DNA of 38,016 nucleotides from Thermohalobaculum sp. (GTDB taxonomy: Bacteria > Pseudomonadota > Alphaproteobacteria > Rhodobacterales > Rhodobacteraceae), in the NCBI GenBank assembly GCA_032251175.1, contig JAVVFE010000001.1, positions 1 to 38,016 on the forward strand, in the 5' to 3' direction. Numbering within the stretch: position 1 is the first letter of the stretch; the number at the start of each line of letters is the position of its first letter. The translations under genes and the position numbers were made by a program. Positions 10,276-19,116 of this stretch are shown piece after piece. The notes beneath the pieces were generated by a model, which did not search any database, had not been told where the DNA came from, and was given only the letters and a program-made list of their open reading frames with translations.

Positions 10276-11175
10276 TCAGCGCCCGGGCAGGCGGGCGCGA
10301 TATCGCTCGCGGTGCCAGATATAAAGTCCCGCGGCGGCGATGATCAGCCCGCCCGCGAGCGTCCACACCGTGGGCCAGGTGTCGAAGACGAAGATCCCCG
10401 ACAGCGCCGCCAGCAGGATCTGGATATAGACCACCGGCGCCAGGATCGAGGCATCCGCCAGCCGATGCGCCGAGGTCGCAGCGATATGCCCGAGCGCCCC
10501 GAACACGCCGATCATGCCGAGCGTGACGAGGTCGATCCCGGCCGTGGGCCAGATCCACAGCGGCACCGCGAAGGGCGCCAGGCAGACCGCCGCGAGCCCC
10601 GACGACCAGAGCTGGCTGGTCGCGTTCGATTCGACCCCGGCCAGCATCCGCGTCAGGATGAAGTAGAACGAGGCCATGGTGAGCCCGCCGAGCGACAGGA
10701 ACATCGCGGGCTGGAACGCCGTGCCCCAAGGCTGCATCACCACCAGCACGCCCACGAAGCCCACGCAGACCGCGCCGATCCGGTGCGCGCCCACCCGCTC
10801 GCCCAGCATCGGTATGGCAAGCAGCGTGACCACGATTGGCCCCGCGAACATGATCGTCGTGGTCACCGTGATCGGCAGGTATTTCAGCGCCATGAAGTTG
10901 AACACGGTGCTGGCGAACAGGAAGAATGAGCGCAGGAACTGCCTCACGGGCGCATTCGAGCGGAACGCCGACATCCCCTCGCGCGGCAGGAACGTCGCCA
11001 TGGCGACGATGAAATGCCCGGCATAGCGCACGAACACCACCTGCAGCGCCGGCAGCCCCGCAAGGATCAGCCACTTGGCCGAGGTGTCGATCATCGTGAA
11101 GCAGCAGACCGCCAGCGCCATGACCCCGAGGCCAAGGGCGCCGCGCTCCTCGCGCGGGGCGACATTCGATACCAT
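10276..11175 (-). CDS. DMT/EamA family transporter
   Basis: 299 aa, about 10 TM segments, two EamA repeats (LQVVFVRY, PMLGERVG, ASILAPVVYIQIL). Confidence 0.9.
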   Translation of the reverse strand: MVSNVAPREERGALGLGVMALAVCCFTMIDTSAKWLILAGLPALQVVFVRYAGHFIVAMATFLPREGMSAFRSNAPVRQFLRSFFLFASTVFNFMALKYLPITVTTTIMFAGPIVVTLLAIPMLGERVGAHRIGAVCVGFVGVLVVMQPWGTAFQPAMFLSLGGLTMASFYFILTRMLAGVESNATSQLWSSGLAAVCLAPFAVPLWIWPTAGIDLVTLGMIGVFGALGHIAATSAHRLADASILAPVVYIQILLAALSGIFVFDTWPTVWTLAGGLIIAAAGLYIWHRERYRARLPGR

Positions 11176-11177
11176 TG

Positions 11178-11903
11178 TTATCCCGTCGCCCAGCCGCCAT
11201 CGACGACATGCGCCTGGCCGGTGGTGAAGGCGCTCTCGTCCGAGCCGAGATAGACCGCGAGCTTGGCGATCTCCTCGGGCCGACCGATCCGGCCCATCGG
11301 CTGGCGCGCGACGAAGGCCTGCAACGCCGCGTCATAGTCGCCGGTCGCGCGCAGCCGGTCGTGCAGCGAGGGGCTGTCGACCGTACCCGGGCAGATGCAG
11401 TTGCAGCGCACGCCTTTGGTGACGTGGTCGAGCGCGACCGATTTCGTCATGCCGATCACCGCGGCCTTCGACATGCCATAGATGAAGCGGTTGGGGGCCG
11501 CGATGATCGACGAGGCGACCGAGGCGATGTTGACGATCGAGCCCCCGCCGCGCGCGATCATGCCCGGGATCGCCGCCTGCATGGCGTGGAACTGCGAGCG
11601 GACATTCAGGGCGATCGCAAAATCGAACTCGGCATCGGTCGCCTCGGCGATCGACCCCGCATGCACGAAACCCGCGCAGTTGACGAGGATGTCGGGCGCC
11701 GCCTGCGCCACCGCGGCCTGCAACGCCGCCTTGTCGGTGACGTCGAGGGCGAAGGCCTGGGCCACGCCAAGCCCGTCGAGCGGCGCGGCCCTCAGGTCGG
11801 TCGCGACCACATGCGCGCCCTCGGCCGCATAGGCCGTGGCGATGGCGCGGCCGATGCCCTGCCCGGCGGCGGTGACGAAGGCTGTCTTTCCGGCAAGTCT
11901 CAT
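11178..11903 (-). CDS. SDR of the BDH2/2-keto-3-deoxy-L-fuconate dehydrogenase type
   Basis: VTAAGQGIG, VNCAGFVHAGSI, PNRFIYGMSKAAVIG, CNCICPGTVDSPSL, FVARQPMGRIG. Confidence 0.8.
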   Translation of the reverse strand: MRLAGKTAFVTAAGQGIGRAIATAYAAEGAHVVATDLRAAPLDGLGVAQAFALDVTDKAALQAAVAQAAPDILVNCAGFVHAGSIAEATDAEFDFAIALNVRSQFHAMQAAIPGMIARGGGSIVNIASVASSIIAAPNRFIYGMSKAAVIGMTKSVALDHVTKGVRCNCICPGTVDSPSLHDRLRATGDYDAALQAFVARQPMGRIGRPEEIAKLAVYLGSDESAFTTGQAHVVDGGWATG

Positions 11904-11906
11904 GTC

Positions 11907-12797
11907 TCAGCCTTTCAGCCGCGCGGCGAGGTAGTCCACCACCTGCGGCACCATCTTCTCGCCAAAGCCGCCGTCGCGTGCCTCGCGCAGCAGCGCGTCG
12001 GCGGCACCCGACATGCGCGAGCGGGCGCCAAGCTCGTCCGCCATGCTGCGGTAATAGCCCACATCCTTTGCCGCATTCGCGATCGAGAAGGCGAGGTCGA
12101 TCTTCCCCTCGGCCGCATAATTCCGGATGAAGTCCATCATCCCCGAGCGCAACGGCCCGGCCGACATCACGCCATAAAGCTTGTCGCGCTCGATGCCCGC
12201 GGCATCGGCCATTGCGAAGGCCTCGGCCATCGCGCAGGCGGTGGTCATGGCGAAGAAGTTGTTGATCAGCTTGATGGTATGCCCGGCCCCCGATGGCCCG
12301 AGATGGAAGACGTTCTCGCCCAGATCCGCGAGCACTGGTCGAACCCGCGCGAAGGCGCCCTCGTCGCCCGCGCACATGATGTTGAGCAGCCCGTCCTGCG
12401 CATGCGCCGGCGTTCGCCCGAGCGGGGCGTCGAGGTAGTGCGCGCCCCTTGCGGCGATCGCGGCCGCGATCTTCCGGGTCGAGCCGGGCAGCGAGGTGCC
12501 GAAGTCGATCACCACCTGCCCCGCCTTGACCCCGGCAAGCACGCCGTCCGCGCCATGGATGCGGGCCTCGACCTGCGCCGAGGTGCCCATGCACAGCATC
12601 ACGATGTCGCTGGCCGCCGCGATCTCGCGCGCGCTCGACGCCTCGGTCGCGCCGCGGGCAAGTGCCGCCTCGATCCCGCTGCGGTCGCGGTGGCCGAGCA
12701 CGCTGACCGCGTAGCCCTTGTCCTGCAGGCGGCGCACCATGGCGCGGCCCATGAGGCCGAGGCCGATGAAGCCGATCGTGGGTTTGTCCATGGTCAT
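11907..12797 (-). CDS. NAD(P)-dependent beta-hydroxyacid dehydrogenase (paralog of 5642-6577)
   Basis: IGFIGLGLMG, DAPLGRTP, IKLINNF, FSIANAAKDV.Y shared with the other copy. Confidence 0.85.
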   Translation of the reverse strand: MTMDKPTIGFIGLGLMGRAMVRRLQDKGYAVSVLGHRDRSGIEAALARGATEASSAREIAAASDIVMLCMGTSAQVEARIHGADGVLAGVKAGQVVIDFGTSLPGSTRKIAAAIAARGAHYLDAPLGRTPAHAQDGLLNIMCAGDEGAFARVRPVLADLGENVFHLGPSGAGHTIKLINNFFAMTTACAMAEAFAMADAAGIERDKLYGVMSAGPLRSGMMDFIRNYAAEGKIDLAFSIANAAKDVGYYRSMADELGARSRMSGAADALLREARDGGFGEKMVPQVVDYLAARLKG

Positions 12798-12852
12798 TCT
12801 CCGTCTGCGTCCTCTGGTTGCGATTCGCGCGCCGGGGCGCCGCCTGCGCCCC

Positions 12853-14343
12853 TCACATCACCGCGCCGATCTGCCAGGGCACGAACTCGTAATCGCCGAG
12901 GCCCTGGGCTTCCGACTTGGTCTTCTCGCCGCTCGCGACGCGGAGCAGTGTCCGGTAGATCTCGCGGCCGACCTCCTCGACCGTCGCGCCATCCGTCAGG
13001 ATCCGTCCGGCGTTGATGTCCATGTCCTCGGTCATGCGGTTGTACATCTCGGTATTGGTCGCGATCTTGAGCGACGGCGAGGGCTTGGCCCCGAAGGCCG
13101 AGCCGCGCCCGGTGGTGAAGGCCACGAGGTTGCAGCCGCTGGCGATCTGGCCGGTGACGCTGGCGGGGTCGTAGCCGGGACTGTCCATGAAGACAAAGCC
13201 CCGCGCGGTCACCGGCTCGGCGTATTTGTAGACGCCAGTCAGCGGGGTCGTGCCGCCCTTGGCCACGGCGCCGAGGCTTTTTTCCAGGATCGTGGTGAGC
13301 CCGCCCTTCTTGTTGCCGGGCGAGGGGTTGTTGTCCATCGAACCGCGGTTGCGGGCGGTATAATCCTCCCACCAGCGGATCAGGCCGATCAGCTTGTCGC
13401 CCACCGCGCGCGTGGCGGCGCGGGCGGTCAGCAGGTGCTCGGCGCCATAGATCTCGGGCGTCTCGGCCAGCACGCCGGTGCCGCCCTGGGCGACCAGCAG
13501 ATCGCAGGCATACCCGAGCGCCGGGTTGGCGGTGATCCCCGACCACGCATCCGAGCCGCCGCATTGCAGCGCCACCATCAGCTCCGAGGCCGGGCATTCC
13601 TCGCGCTCGACCGCGTTGACCAGCGGCAGCATCGCCTCGATCTTGCGGATGCCCAGCTCGATGGTGCGCCTCAAGCCGCCGACATCCTGGATGTTCATCG
13701 TCTGGAACAGCGGCCCCGGGGTCAGGCCGAATGCCTCGATCAGCCAGTCGATCTGGTTCATCTCGCAGCCCAGCCCCGCCATCAGCACGCCGGCGACGTT
13801 GGGGTTGCGGGCATAGCCCCACATCACGCGCTGGAGCGCCTCGAACCCGTCGCCCGACCCCGCCATGCCGCAGCCGGTGCCATGGACGAAGGCCGCGACC
13901 CCGTCGACATTGGGATAGGCGGCCAGGCGCTCGGGCGTGAAATGCGCGGCAATCATCCGCGCGGCCGTGGCCGAGCAGTTCACCGAGGTGAGCACCGCGA
14001 TGTAGTTCCGCGTGCCGACGCGCCCCGTCGGGCGACGAAAGCCCATGAAGCTGTCGCGCGTCGCGGCCGGCGGCACCGGGCGCAGGTTGGTCGAGAACGC
14101 GTAGGCGGTCTCGACATTGCGGAATTCCAGATTGTGGGTGTGGACATGCGCGCCGGCAGCGATGTCGTCGGCGGCATAGCCGATCAGCTGCGCATACTTG
14201 ACAACCGGCGCACCCTTGGCAATCGGCCGCGTCGCCATCTTGTGGCCGCGCGGAATGAGCTGGATCGCCCCCTCCTCGCCGATTTCGAGCGGCGAGATCG
14301 CGGTGACGACATTGTCGGCGTCGGCGAGACGGACGGTCTTCAT
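12853..14343 (-). CDS. UxaA/GarD family sugar-acid dehydratase (SAF plus C-terminal domain)
   Basis: DNVVTA, GHKMA, HVHTHN, GTRNYI, SVNCSA, LQCGGSD, NNPSPGNKKGGLTTILEKSLG, FTTGRGS. ATG 14343 has a GAGGGAG RBS. Confidence 0.88.
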   Translation of the reverse strand: MKTVRLADADNVVTAISPLEIGEEGAIQLIPRGHKMATRPIAKGAPVVKYAQLIGYAADDIAAGAHVHTHNLEFRNVETAYAFSTNLRPVPPAATRDSFMGFRRPTGRVGTRNYIAVLTSVNCSATAARMIAAHFTPERLAAYPNVDGVAAFVHGTGCGMAGSGDGFEALQRVMWGYARNPNVAGVLMAGLGCEMNQIDWLIEAFGLTPGPLFQTMNIQDVGGLRRTIELGIRKIEAMLPLVNAVEREECPASELMVALQCGGSDAWSGITANPALGYACDLLVAQGGTGVLAETPEIYGAEHLLTARAATRAVGDKLIGLIRWWEDYTARNRGSMDNNPSPGNKKGGLTTILEKSLGAVAKGGTTPLTGVYKYAEPVTARGFVFMDSPGYDPASVTGQIASGCNLVAFTTGRGSAFGAKPSPSLKIATNTEMYNRMTEDMDINAGRILTDGATVEEVGREIYRTLLRVASGEKTKSEAQGLGDYEFVPWQIGAVM

Positions 14344-14353
14344 GGGTTCTCCC

Positions 14354-15295
14354 TCAGGCACAGACGGGGCTGTCGGCGCGCCAGCGATGGATCGGAACAT
14401 GCGGCTGTCCGGCCAGGCGGGCGCGCGCCTCAAGCCACAGGTCGCGCCAGGCGCGCCAATCGCCGAGCACGGCGTCGGGGTTCGCCCGCGAGCGTGCGAC
14501 GAAGGCGGGAAAATGCGCCCGCCCGGTCGGCTGGCCGGTGACATTGTAGCGGATATCGAACGACCAGCGAAACTGCCCCGTGCGGTTCGGCAGCGAGGCA
14601 TGCGGCGTCAGCGGATGCAGGATGACCGCGCCGCCCGCCCTCACCGGCAGCGGCCGGGCCTCGCGCGGGTCGATGAAGCCCTCGGCGATGCCGGTCTGCG
14701 TGCGCGGACAATGGGGATACATGCGCGGCTTGCCCGGGATGGCCTGAAGGCAGCCGTTTTCCACGGTCGCGTCGGTGATCGCGAGCCACACCGTGATCAT
14801 CTCGGTCCGGTCGGCCTCGGCATGCCCCACCGCGCGGTCCTGATGCCAGTCGGTCGCGGTGATATGGGCGCGGACCTCGTCGACCCTCAGCGCGTCGGCC
14901 GGTGGCTTCAGGCGGACATGCTGGATCGGGTTCGAGGTGATCTCGGGCCCGATCAGGCATTCGGCAAGGTCGAGAAGCCGCGGGCAGGTCACCATGTCGA
15001 AGACCGCGGGGCCGAAATGGAACGGCGTGTCCGGCCGGATCTCGTCGCCCGGAAGCGAGATGTCCATCGGCTGGAACCAGTCGCAGCCAGCCCGGTAGCT
15101 GACGAGCAGCTTTTCCCAGAAATCGCGCCCCGCAGGGGCCGGCACCCGGCCCTGGACGTGCCAGTCCGCATAGAGGCCATCGAGCAGCGCCGCATATTCC
15201 GCCCGGATGCCCGCAAGCAGATCGGGGGGCAACACATCGGGCACCACGAGCACGCCGTCGCGCCCGAACCGATCGACTTGCTCGCGGCTCAGCAT
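14354..15295 (-). CDS. PhyH family Fe(II)/2-oxoglutarate dioxygenase (second copy)
   Basis: MLSREQVDRFGRDGVL, DWHQD, TVWLAITDATVENGCL, TPHASLPNRT..FRWSFDIRY; GGAGG RBS. Confidence 0.88.
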   Translation of the reverse strand: MLSREQVDRFGRDGVLVVPDVLPPDLLAGIRAEYAALLDGLYADWHVQGRVPAPAGRDFWEKLLVSYRAGCDWFQPMDISLPGDEIRPDTPFHFGPAVFDMVTCPRLLDLAECLIGPEITSNPIQHVRLKPPADALRVDEVRAHITATDWHQDRAVGHAEADRTEMITVWLAITDATVENGCLQAIPGKPRMYPHCPRTQTGIAEGFIDPREARPLPVRAGGAVILHPLTPHASLPNRTGQFRWSFDIRYNVTGQPTGRAHFPAFVARSRANPDAVLGDWRAWRDLWLEARARLAGQPHVPIHRWRADSPVCA

Positions 15296-15363
15296 GGATC
15301 ACCTCCACCCGATGCGACCGGGGAGCGCACGCATGCGCGCCGCCCCGGCAAGAGCCCCCACCG

Positions 15364-16956
15364 TCAGAAGAACAGCGTGACGATCGGGGGCCAGATCACC
15401 AGCACGCTCAGCGCGAGAAGCTGGATGCCGATGAACGGCAGGAAGCCCCGGAAGATGTCGGTCAGCGAGATCTGCGGCGGGGCCACCGATTTCAGGTAGA
15501 ACGCCGCCGGCCCGAACGGTGGCGACAGGAAGCTCACCTGCATGTTCATGCAGAACACCACACCGAACCAGATTGCGACGTGTTTCGGATCGATATTGCC
15601 GATGAAGCCCAATTCCTCGGCCGGCAGCTTGAGCACGATCGGCAGGAAGACCGGCATGATCAGCAGCACGATGCCGACCCAGTCCATGAACATGCCCATC
15701 ACCAGGAAGATCATCATCATCACCAGGATGATCCCCATGGTCGGCAGGTCGGCGCCCACGATCATGCCTGCGACATAGGTCGGGCCGCCCGCGAGCGTGT
15801 AGGCCGCGGCCAGCGCGGCCGCCCCGATCGTCACCCAGATGATCGTGCCGGTCGACCTGAGCGTGCGCATCAGCGCATCCCAGACGATCTCGAAGGTCAT
15901 CTCGCGCCGGACGAGGCCGATCACGAAGACCGCGATGACGCCCATGCCGGCGGCCTCGGTGATGCCGGTGATCCCGCCATAGATCGAGCCCAGCACCACG
16001 CCGATGACGATGATCGGCGCAATCAGGCCCTTGCCCATGACCCAGCCGCGCTGGGCCCGCTCGCGGCCGATCACGAACTGGATGAGCCCCAGCGCCAGCA
16101 CGAAGGCACCGGCGATCCAGGGGATGTCGCTGGCCATCCCCAGCACGATCGGCTCGACCCCTTCGGTGATCGCATTCGTCCCCGTGACCGTGAAGAAGAC
16201 CGCACGCAGCGCCAGGACCGCCGTCGCCCACAGCGCGAGCCGCGAGAGGAACCCGGCGAACATCAGCGCCTTCTCGCCACCGGGCGGATCGTTCGGATCG
16301 GGCGCCGGCAAGGGCGCCTGCGCGGGATCGAGCTGCGTGCGGATCACGATGTAGATGATGAAGAACGTGGCCAGCATGAAGCCCGGCAGAAACGACGCGG
16401 TGAACAGCGCCTTGATCGAGGTCTCGGTCACCAGGCCGTAGAAGATGAGCACGATCGAGGGCGGGATCATCGTGCCGAGGCTGCCGCTGGCGCAGATCGT
16501 GCCGATCGCAAGGTTCTGGTTGTAGCCCAGCCGCAGCATCTGCGGCAGCGCGATCAGGCCCAGCAGCACCACCTCGCCGCCGATGATCCCCGACATCGCC
16601 GCCATGATGACGGCCATGATCGAGGTGACGATGGCGATGCCGCCGCGGGTGCGCGAGAGCCAGACGTTGAGCGAACTGTACATGCTCTGCGCGATGCCCG
16701 ATCGCTCGAGCAATGACGCCATGAAAATGAACAGCGGGACCGAGATCAGCACATAATTCGTCATCTGCCGGTAGACCGCCTGCCCCAGCACCGACAACGG
16801 GCCGCGCCCGAAATCGCGGAACAGAAGGTCCGGCCCGAACTTCATCACCAGGGTTGCGACCGCGAGGAAGGCCGAGGCGAAGCCAAGCGGCATGCCCATC
16901 GCCAGCAGCACGAACATGCCGACCAACAGGACAAGGCTGATGGTTCCGATGTCCAT
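15364..16956 (-). CDS. dctM: TRAP transporter large permease
   Basis: SVPLFIFMASLLERSG, GSLGTMIPPSIVLIFY, ITEAAG, SFLSPPFGPAAFYLK; ATG 16956 lies just after the dctQ stop. Confidence 0.93.
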   Translation of the reverse strand: MDIGTISLVLLVGMFVLLAMGMPLGFASAFLAVATLVMKFGPDLLFRDFGRGPLSVLGQAVYRQMTNYVLISVPLFIFMASLLERSGIAQSMYSSLNVWLSRTRGGIAIVTSIMAVIMAAMSGIIGGEVVLLGLIALPQMLRLGYNQNLAIGTICASGSLGTMIPPSIVLIFYGLVTETSIKALFTASFLPGFMLATFFIIYIVIRTQLDPAQAPLPAPDPNDPPGGEKALMFAGFLSRLALWATAVLALRAVFFTVTGTNAITEGVEPIVLGMASDIPWIAGAFVLALGLIQFVIGRERAQRGWVMGKGLIAPIIVIGVVLGSIYGGITGITEAAGMGVIAVFVIGLVRREMTFEIVWDALMRTLRSTGTIIWVTIGAAALAAAYTLAGGPTYVAGMIVGADLPTMGIILVMMMIFLVMGMFMDWVGIVLLIMPVFLPIVLKLPAEELGFIGNIDPKHVAIWFGVVFCMNMQVSFLSPPFGPAAFYLKSVAPPQISLTDIFRGFLPFIGIQLLALSVLVIWPPIVTLFF

Positions 16957-16957
16957 G

Positions 16958-17767
16958 TCACTTCTCTCCCAGCGTGCGGCGGATGCTTTCGATTTCGGCC
17001 GCATCGATCTCGTCGGCGGGAGAGTGGACCTCGGGCGCCTTGTTCCAGTCGGCGATCAGGTTCGACAGCGCCTGAAGCGCCACCAGGCAGACCACGATCA
17101 GGATCGCCGGCTTCATCGTCGCCGGCAGCGGCGGATCCCAGGCGGTGCCGAAGGTTTCCATCCGCAACAGCTTGTCGCGCGCTTCGTTGAAACCGCCCCA
17201 GACCAGCGCGGCGGCAAACGCCCAGATCATCGCGACCGACAGGCAGTCGGCGAGCTTCTGCATCCCCCGGGGCATGACATCGTAGATGATGTAGATCCGG
17301 ATGTGGCTGCGCTGCTGCATCGCATACTGGCCCGCGAACAGCAGCACGAAGCCCGCCATCCACAACGACAGCTCGTTCGCCCACAGCGTCGGCTTCGAGA
17401 AGACGTAGCGCGCCACGACTTCGTAGAACATCACGATCACGATCGCCGCGACCCCGATCATGGCAAGGCGCGACATCACCAGCGAGAAAATATCGGCCGG
17501 CCCGGTGCGCGGCGGCTCGATCACGCCGGCGGTATCGGACAGATAGACCGAGGCGAGAAGCATCGCCCCGAACAGCGCGCCCAGCATCGCATACGCCATC
17601 GGCCGCCCCGCCGGGCGCAGCATCTCGGCCATCGATATGTCGCTCGCCCCGGTGATCTGACCGCCGATCAGGATCGCGGCGATCGCCCCGGCCAGCGCCG
17701 TGAACCCGATCATGCCCAGCTTCACCGGCCGCCGCAGCGGCCCCAGCCACACGCTTTTGTTCTGCAC
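16958..17767 (-). CDS. dctQ: TRAP transporter small permease with N-terminal extension
   Basis: YEVVARYVFSKPTLWANELS, SHIRI motif, located between dctP and dctM; GTG start. Confidence 0.88.
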   Translation of the reverse strand: MQNKSVWLGPLRRPVKLGMIGFTALAGAIAAILIGGQITGASDISMAEMLRPAGRPMAYAMLGALFGAMLLASVYLSDTAGVIEPPRTGPADIFSLVMSRLAMIGVAAIVIVMFYEVVARYVFSKPTLWANELSLWMAGFVLLFAGQYAMQQRSHIRIYIIYDVMPRGMQKLADCLSVAMIWAFAAALVWGGFNEARDKLLRMETFGTAWDPPLPATMKPAILIVVCLVALQALSNLIADWNKAPEVHSPADEIDAAEIESIRRTLGEK

Positions 17768-17814
17768 GGCATCCCCACTGTGTCGCTGTGTCGCTCGGGC
17801 GCGGATCGGCTGCG

Positions 17815-17843
17815 AAAAGGGGCGGACCCCGACGGGTCCGCCC
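17815..17843 (-). terminator. Stem-loop after dctP (intrinsic terminator or mRNA stabiliser)
   Basis: 10-bp stem GGGCGGACCC/GGGTCCGCCC with a 4-nt loop, followed by CTTTT on the minus strand. Confidence 0.7.
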
Positions 17844-17876
17844 GGTTGGCGTCAGTCGCTCGTCACGCGCGACCGA

Positions 17877-18893
17877 TCACTTCGGCAGCAGGCCCAGTTC
17901 CTTGAGATAGGCGCGGTGGCTCTCGACCAGCGCGTTTGCCTCGGGCGACTTCTGCGCCCAGACATCCCACTGCGTCTGCGCGGCCTGGCGGAACTTCATG
18001 CGCTCGTCCCCCGACCAGTTGTGCAGCGCCACGCCCTGCCCCGCGAGGTCGGCCGCAGCGGCCGCGTTCGCCCGCTCGAAGGTCAGCGCGGTCTGCAGCG
18101 ACAGCTTCTGCATCGCCGTGTCGATGATCCGCCGATGCGCTTCGCTCATGCCGTCCCAGACCGCCTTGTTGCAGGCCAGGTGGTCCGACGGCATCGAGTG
18201 GAAGCCGGGGAAGGTCGCATGCTTGGCGATGTCGTAGAGCCCCATGCCCTTGTTGTTCGCCAGCCCCGAGGCATCGGCGCCGTCGATGATCTTGGTCTCG
18301 AGCGCGGTGAAGATTTCGGTGAAGTCCATCACGATCGGCGAAGCGCCGAGCGAGGCGAAGATGTCGGTCTCGAGCCCCGGAGGCGAGCGGAACTTCCAAT
18401 CCTTGAGGTCAGCCACGCCGGAGAGCGGCTTGTTCGAGGCAAAGGATTCCTGCCCGTAAACCCACCAGCCGATGAGCTGCATGCCCTGCGCGTTGTAAAG
18501 CTGCTGGGCGGCATCATAGCCACCGCCGTGATACAGCCACGAGAGCTGCTGATAGGGCGTGTCGTAGCCGCCCATGATATCGCCGACGAACTGGAAGCCA
18601 GCGTTCTTGCCGGTCTGATAGGCGCCGCCGGTCATGTCGCAGTCGAGAATGCCGTTGGCGGCGGCGTCGAAGGTCTCGACCGTGGCGACGACCGACGACG
18701 AATAGAACATCTCGATCTTGATCTCGCCGTTCGACATGGTCTGCACGTCGTCGACGAACTGGCCGGCCAGCTTGCCCGACACCGTCTCGGGCGCATAGTG
18801 CGTCTGGATGCGCAGGGTGATGGTCTCGGCTGCCGCCGACGACGCAAACAGAGCCGCCGCGGCGGCCGAGATCAGGAAACTCCTGGCTTTCAT
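17877..18893 (-). CDS. dctP: TRAP transporter substrate-binding protein
   Basis: Signal peptide MKARSFLISAAAAALFASSAAA, SNGEIKIEMF, DLKDWKFRSPPG (carboxylate-binding Arg), EIFTALETKIIDGAD; GGGAGG RBS. Confidence 0.93.
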   Translation of the reverse strand: MKARSFLISAAAAALFASSAAAETITLRIQTHYAPETVSGKLAGQFVDDVQTMSNGEIKIEMFYSSSVVATVETFDAAANGILDCDMTGGAYQTGKNAGFQFVGDIMGGYDTPYQQLSWLYHGGGYDAAQQLYNAQGMQLIGWWVYGQESFASNKPLSGVADLKDWKFRSPPGLETDIFASLGASPIVMDFTEIFTALETKIIDGADASGLANNKGMGLYDIAKHATFPGFHSMPSDHLACNKAVWDGMSEAHRRIIDTAMQKLSLQTALTFERANAAAAADLAGQGVALHNWSGDERMKFRQAAQTQWDVWAQKSPEANALVESHRAYLKELGLLPK

Positions 18894-18958
18894 TGTCTTC
18901 CTCCCTTTCGGCGGGCACCCCCGCACTGTTTTTCGATCAGGCCCCCGGCCCACGGGGC

Positions 18959-18976
18959 GGAATGGTATACCATTCC
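18959..18976. promoter_or_regulatory. GntR/FadR-type operator GGAATGGTATACCATTCC (perfect 18-bp palindrome)
   Basis: Lies in the dctP/gntR divergent gap; same core as 4790-4805. Confidence 0.85.
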
Positions 18977-19016
18977 CACAGCCGTATAAATGGCCGTGTC
19001 TCGACAATCAACGGAA

Positions 19017-19030
19017 AATGGTATACCAAA
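19017..19030. promoter_or_regulatory. Second GntR/FadR-type operator AATGGTATACCAAA
   Basis: TGGTATACCA core at 19019-19028, 56 bp from the first copy. Confidence 0.8.
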
Positions 19031-19116
19031 ATTCCGAGGCATCCCTCCACGCTGTCCTCGGCGCCGTCGTCTGTTGCTGGGCGACACGAACCCGGAAGCC
19101 CAGAAGCGGAGCGAGC

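Noticed and set aside
18808-19116. Long N-terminal extensions of the GntR, DctP, IdnO, IdnD, UxaA and XylX ORFs
   Set aside because: They run through operators or neighbouring genes; downstream starts have RBSs and give family-typical lengths.
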